DNA of 63,994 bases, counting the filler, from Jimgerdemannia flammicorona (lineage: Eukaryota), in the NCBI GenBank assembly GCA_003990765.1. It is 3 parts of 3 records of this genome, joined end to end, with 100 filler letters (N's around TTAATTAATTAA, not from the genome) between each part and the next. Parts side by side here need not be neighbours in the genome. Positions count along the whole stretch, not along the records: positions 43,276 to 63,994 come from RBNJ01001601.1; 2 more parts are not named here. The stretch is one strand, 5' to 3'. Position numbers and translations under genes: made by a program. Positions 60,740 to 63,994 of the stretch are shown piece after piece; the stretch's first letter is position 1, and each line of letters starts with the position of its first letter. Below the pieces are notes generated by a model that was not told where the DNA came from, made no database searches, and worked only from the letters and a program-made list of their open reading frames with translations.

Positions 60740-63300
60740 CTAAGATTTCAGACACATATATGCCTAGATTGTCTCAGCATTCAGTATATACCTCTTAGAG
60801 GCAACAAGATTTACCTCACCTGAGAATACCTGCTTAATGGAAGCACTGAAGGCAGAAATCACTAGGTAGTTCTGAGCTATATTATACAGACTGGGGAAGA
60901 ATGTTTGATATAGCTACACACCCTGGTGGATAGAGTGGTGGTTAGAATAGTGGATTAAATTGGCTCAATACAACCAACCATCTGTCTGATAACTTACCTT
61001 TCATCAGTTGAGTACCTCCACACTCTCCAGCAGAATCACACAGTTGCTGGCAAGGTAAATAATAAGTTTGTCTATTGATGACAGCTCTTTCACTAATAGC
61101 TCCCTCTTCCTCTTTCTGCTAAAGTAAATGTGAGACAAGAGAGATCTCTTGACATATTTATCAGGACTTTGGCCAGAACCTTGCCATAGTTTTTCCAGTA
61201 TGTTTTGATTATGGCCTGCTTGGTCCTCTTAATGAAGTGCTGCTCCCAGCCCTAATCTTTATGATATTGTAGCTTTAAGCATAGGTCTAGTACTGTTTAG
61301 AGAAAGAGAGTGAGTTTTTGCAAGAGTTTCTCTATTTTAAAAGAGACAATGGCCACATACTGACATACTTGTACTGATTGAATATATGGTAGTACATATC
61401 TGTTTTGAAGTAGTATTTTCTGAACTTACTTAGAGCAATCTTTATGATATCTCTCTGATCTGGGCTTAACTATAAATTACTGCAATTCTCTAGTCTATTC
61501 TTGAGCTTATCCTCTAGCTGATCAATCAGAAGATTGTATACTAGTATTGCAGAGCTTATTGTCAGAGTTATTTGTTTAACTATATCCTTTGTACAATTAT
61601 CAAAACACTGACAGTTATGTATGGTGAGGTGTTATATTGTACAGAGGTAGACAAAATGAGTATAGGGCCAGAGCAATCACCACTTACTTCCAAAACTCTG
61701 ATAATATTTCTAAGTATATCCCACTCACTTTCACCTAGAGCCTTACCCCACATTTCCTTATCAGCAGCAACTGTTGAATCTATTGGCTTTTTTTTGTTTT
61801 GTTTTTTTTTAAAAAAAAAAAAAATCTTCAATTATCCAAAACAAGTTGCTTTAGCTGATCAAAGAAAAAGAATGTATACTATAGTAAACTCCAGCACATA
61901 CTGGATCATTATAAATGTTGAGTTCCAATGTATACAGATGTCCAATATAAGCTCTTTCAGGGCTAAACTGATTGCTCTACACTATGTAGTGAATTTGTCT
62001 CATTATTGTAGAGACAATTGGATTGATACAACTAGTTTGTATAGCTTGGAAACCATCCTCTTCTCTCAGATGTTTTGTCTATATATATAAGATAGTTCTA
62101 AACAGTGAGATTCAGTATGTGGGCCTAGCATTATACATAGCAGCTTTCTGCACTGAAGGTCACATTTTTCTATTTGAGGCTGGCCACTAAAATTTGGAAA
62201 AATGTTGAGTTATTTGTAGCATTGTCTGTCATAATGGCTAAAATCTATACTTGAAATATTTGGTCAGCAAATTTATATAAAAATAAATAACCAATAAAAT
62301 CTGTTATGTTTTAGGATCTCTCTCAAAATATTGATCTGATGGCAAGCCCTCTTTTTTTACCTTAGTTGTAATTCCAAGCTCTCAGATATAACTAATAAAA
62401 GCATCTATGATATTGTCTTTAGAATGAGGGCCAGCAAGTTTGATGAAGTCAAGGGTGAGAGATTTAAGCTATCAATTGAGGTCAATCCAATAACCAGTAA
62501 TGCTCAGAAATGAAATTATATTTGGGGATGTCTATGTGTCAATTGTAAATGAAATTTTGCCTGCTAAATTCTACTTGTTGAATATGAGATTAAATTGGTG
62601 AACTCTTTGTAAATATATATATAATTCAGCTTATAAAGGTCACAGTGCTGCCCTTATTTATTTATTTTACCTGAAGTATCTGACAGAGATTATTATGCTC
62701 CTTCTTATAAGCCTCCAGAATATCTTTTTTTTTTTTTTTTTAGTCACTTGGACTCATCTTTTATTACACCCATCTATCCTATATAAGTACAGTGAACCTA
62801 CTCTCTATCCAATCCCCCTAGGGGGACCCCTCCCCCCTACCTCTTCTTAACAAAACACTACTCTATCGAATACAATCCCCACCCTCCCACCACTTTGTTC
62901 GCATCCAGAATATCTTTGTGAATAGTGCCAGCACTTGGCAAATATAAATCATGCTTGAGGAGGCCAAAGATACTATGCAATTGATCACTCTTAATGGTTG
63001 TGAATGGCTGGTCTGTGCACACAATTTAGTAAATGAGCCAATTTTGAAATTCTGCAAAAGAGTATTGCTAAATATTTTTGATTAAATGGGGTTATTGGTA
63101 CAGAAATGGTCAGGTAATTGGATAAATGTATCTACTACAGCTTGGATATTGATTTTATTTATCTCTGTATTCTTTTTGATTTTGTCAGAGTACTTGTCTT
63201 TTATGTATTGATATATGTTCAAAGTTGAACTATCAAGTATTTTGAACTTCTGGCTGTGCAGTTTATAAGAGTGGATGAAAACAGTATCATGTGTATATCA
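60740..63300 (-). mobile_element. Second hAT transposase remnant
   Basis: KISFTIDT*TSPN, LDFIKLAGPHS, AIMTDNATNN, AHILNL, SASIKQVFSG. Confidence 0.82.
62728..62903 (-). mobile_element. 5'-truncated LINE copy related to 21641-27382
   Basis: Poly(T) run; tail TAATAAAAGATGAGTCCAAGTGACTA matches the LINE 3' end; 14-bp TSD TCCAGAATATCTTT (62714-62727 and 62904-62917). Confidence 0.88.
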
Positions 63301-63325
63301 AACAAAGTATCAGTTATATTATAGG

Positions 63326-63362
<37 letters not shown>

Positions 63363-63611
63363 TTTTTACCTACAATAGTTACAAATAATATCATCTCCTA
63401 TCTTAGTACAATGTTGTCAGATTTTGGAGTGAGGATTATATAGAAAGTGTAGAACTATTGAGGATGTTTGACTTGAAGTATCATTGGTACTGTAAACTAT
63501 TAAAAACTGATTTATCAATATGTGTTTGTATGTACATATATGTGTGTTTGTATATATATTTGTATGTATATATATTGTGTATGTAAATATATCTAGCATA
63601 TGAGTCATGTA

Positions 63612-63900
63612 GAGGATTCAGATTAGAGAATTCAGATTGGAGAATTTGGATTGGAGAATTTGGTTGAAGAATTCAGATGAGAATTTAGATTGAAGGATTT
63701 GAATTAGAGAATTTGAATTAGAGGATTTAAATTAGAGGATTTGAATTAAGTGATTCAGATTGAGTGATTCAGATTGAGTAGTTTGGATAGAGTGGTTTAG
63801 ATGGGGTAATTTGAATGAGTAATTCAGATGGAGTGATTTAGATGGGGTGATTTAGATTAATTTGAATTGATTCAGATAGCTTCAGATTTGAGATTCAGAT
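63612..63900 (+). repeat. ~13-bp minisatellite (GAGAATTCAGATT-like), possibly subterminal to the hAT
   Basis: About 20 degenerate tandem units. Confidence 0.75.
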
Positions 63901-63994
63901 CAAACCATCATGTGATGAATCAAATCTGAATTTGATTCAAATTGACTTATTTGGAGTACTACTCATTGACAACCAATGGCTTTTTTTTTTTTTT

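Overview
Repeat-dense eukaryotic window, probably fungal; the LRR gene architecture suggests an early-diverging, Mucoromycota-like fungus (inference). Two artificial N-TTAATTAATTAA-N spacers split it into three contigs. Most of it is decayed transposons: four Ty3/Gypsy LTR elements (A, B and D carry dUTPase), a near-full-length L1/Tx1-like LINE plus a truncated relative, four copies of a ~1.2 kb SINE-like family, two hAT remnants, a DIRS-like gag remnant, and an endonuclease-less Penelope-like element with hairpin/inverted-repeat termini. CpG-rich host islands hold a SAM + COR-like + RI-LRR gene with twelve consecutive 84-nt exons, a small low-complexity gene, and a GH20 hexosaminidase pseudogene lacking its catalytic barrel. 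Most notable: the Penelope-like terminal structure, the one-repeat-per-exon LRR array, an unnamed Cys/His domain beside dUTPase in two Ty3 lineages, long ORFs inside LTRs, and strong RIP-like C>T/G>A hypermutation confined to repeats. All alignments and counts were made by eye.
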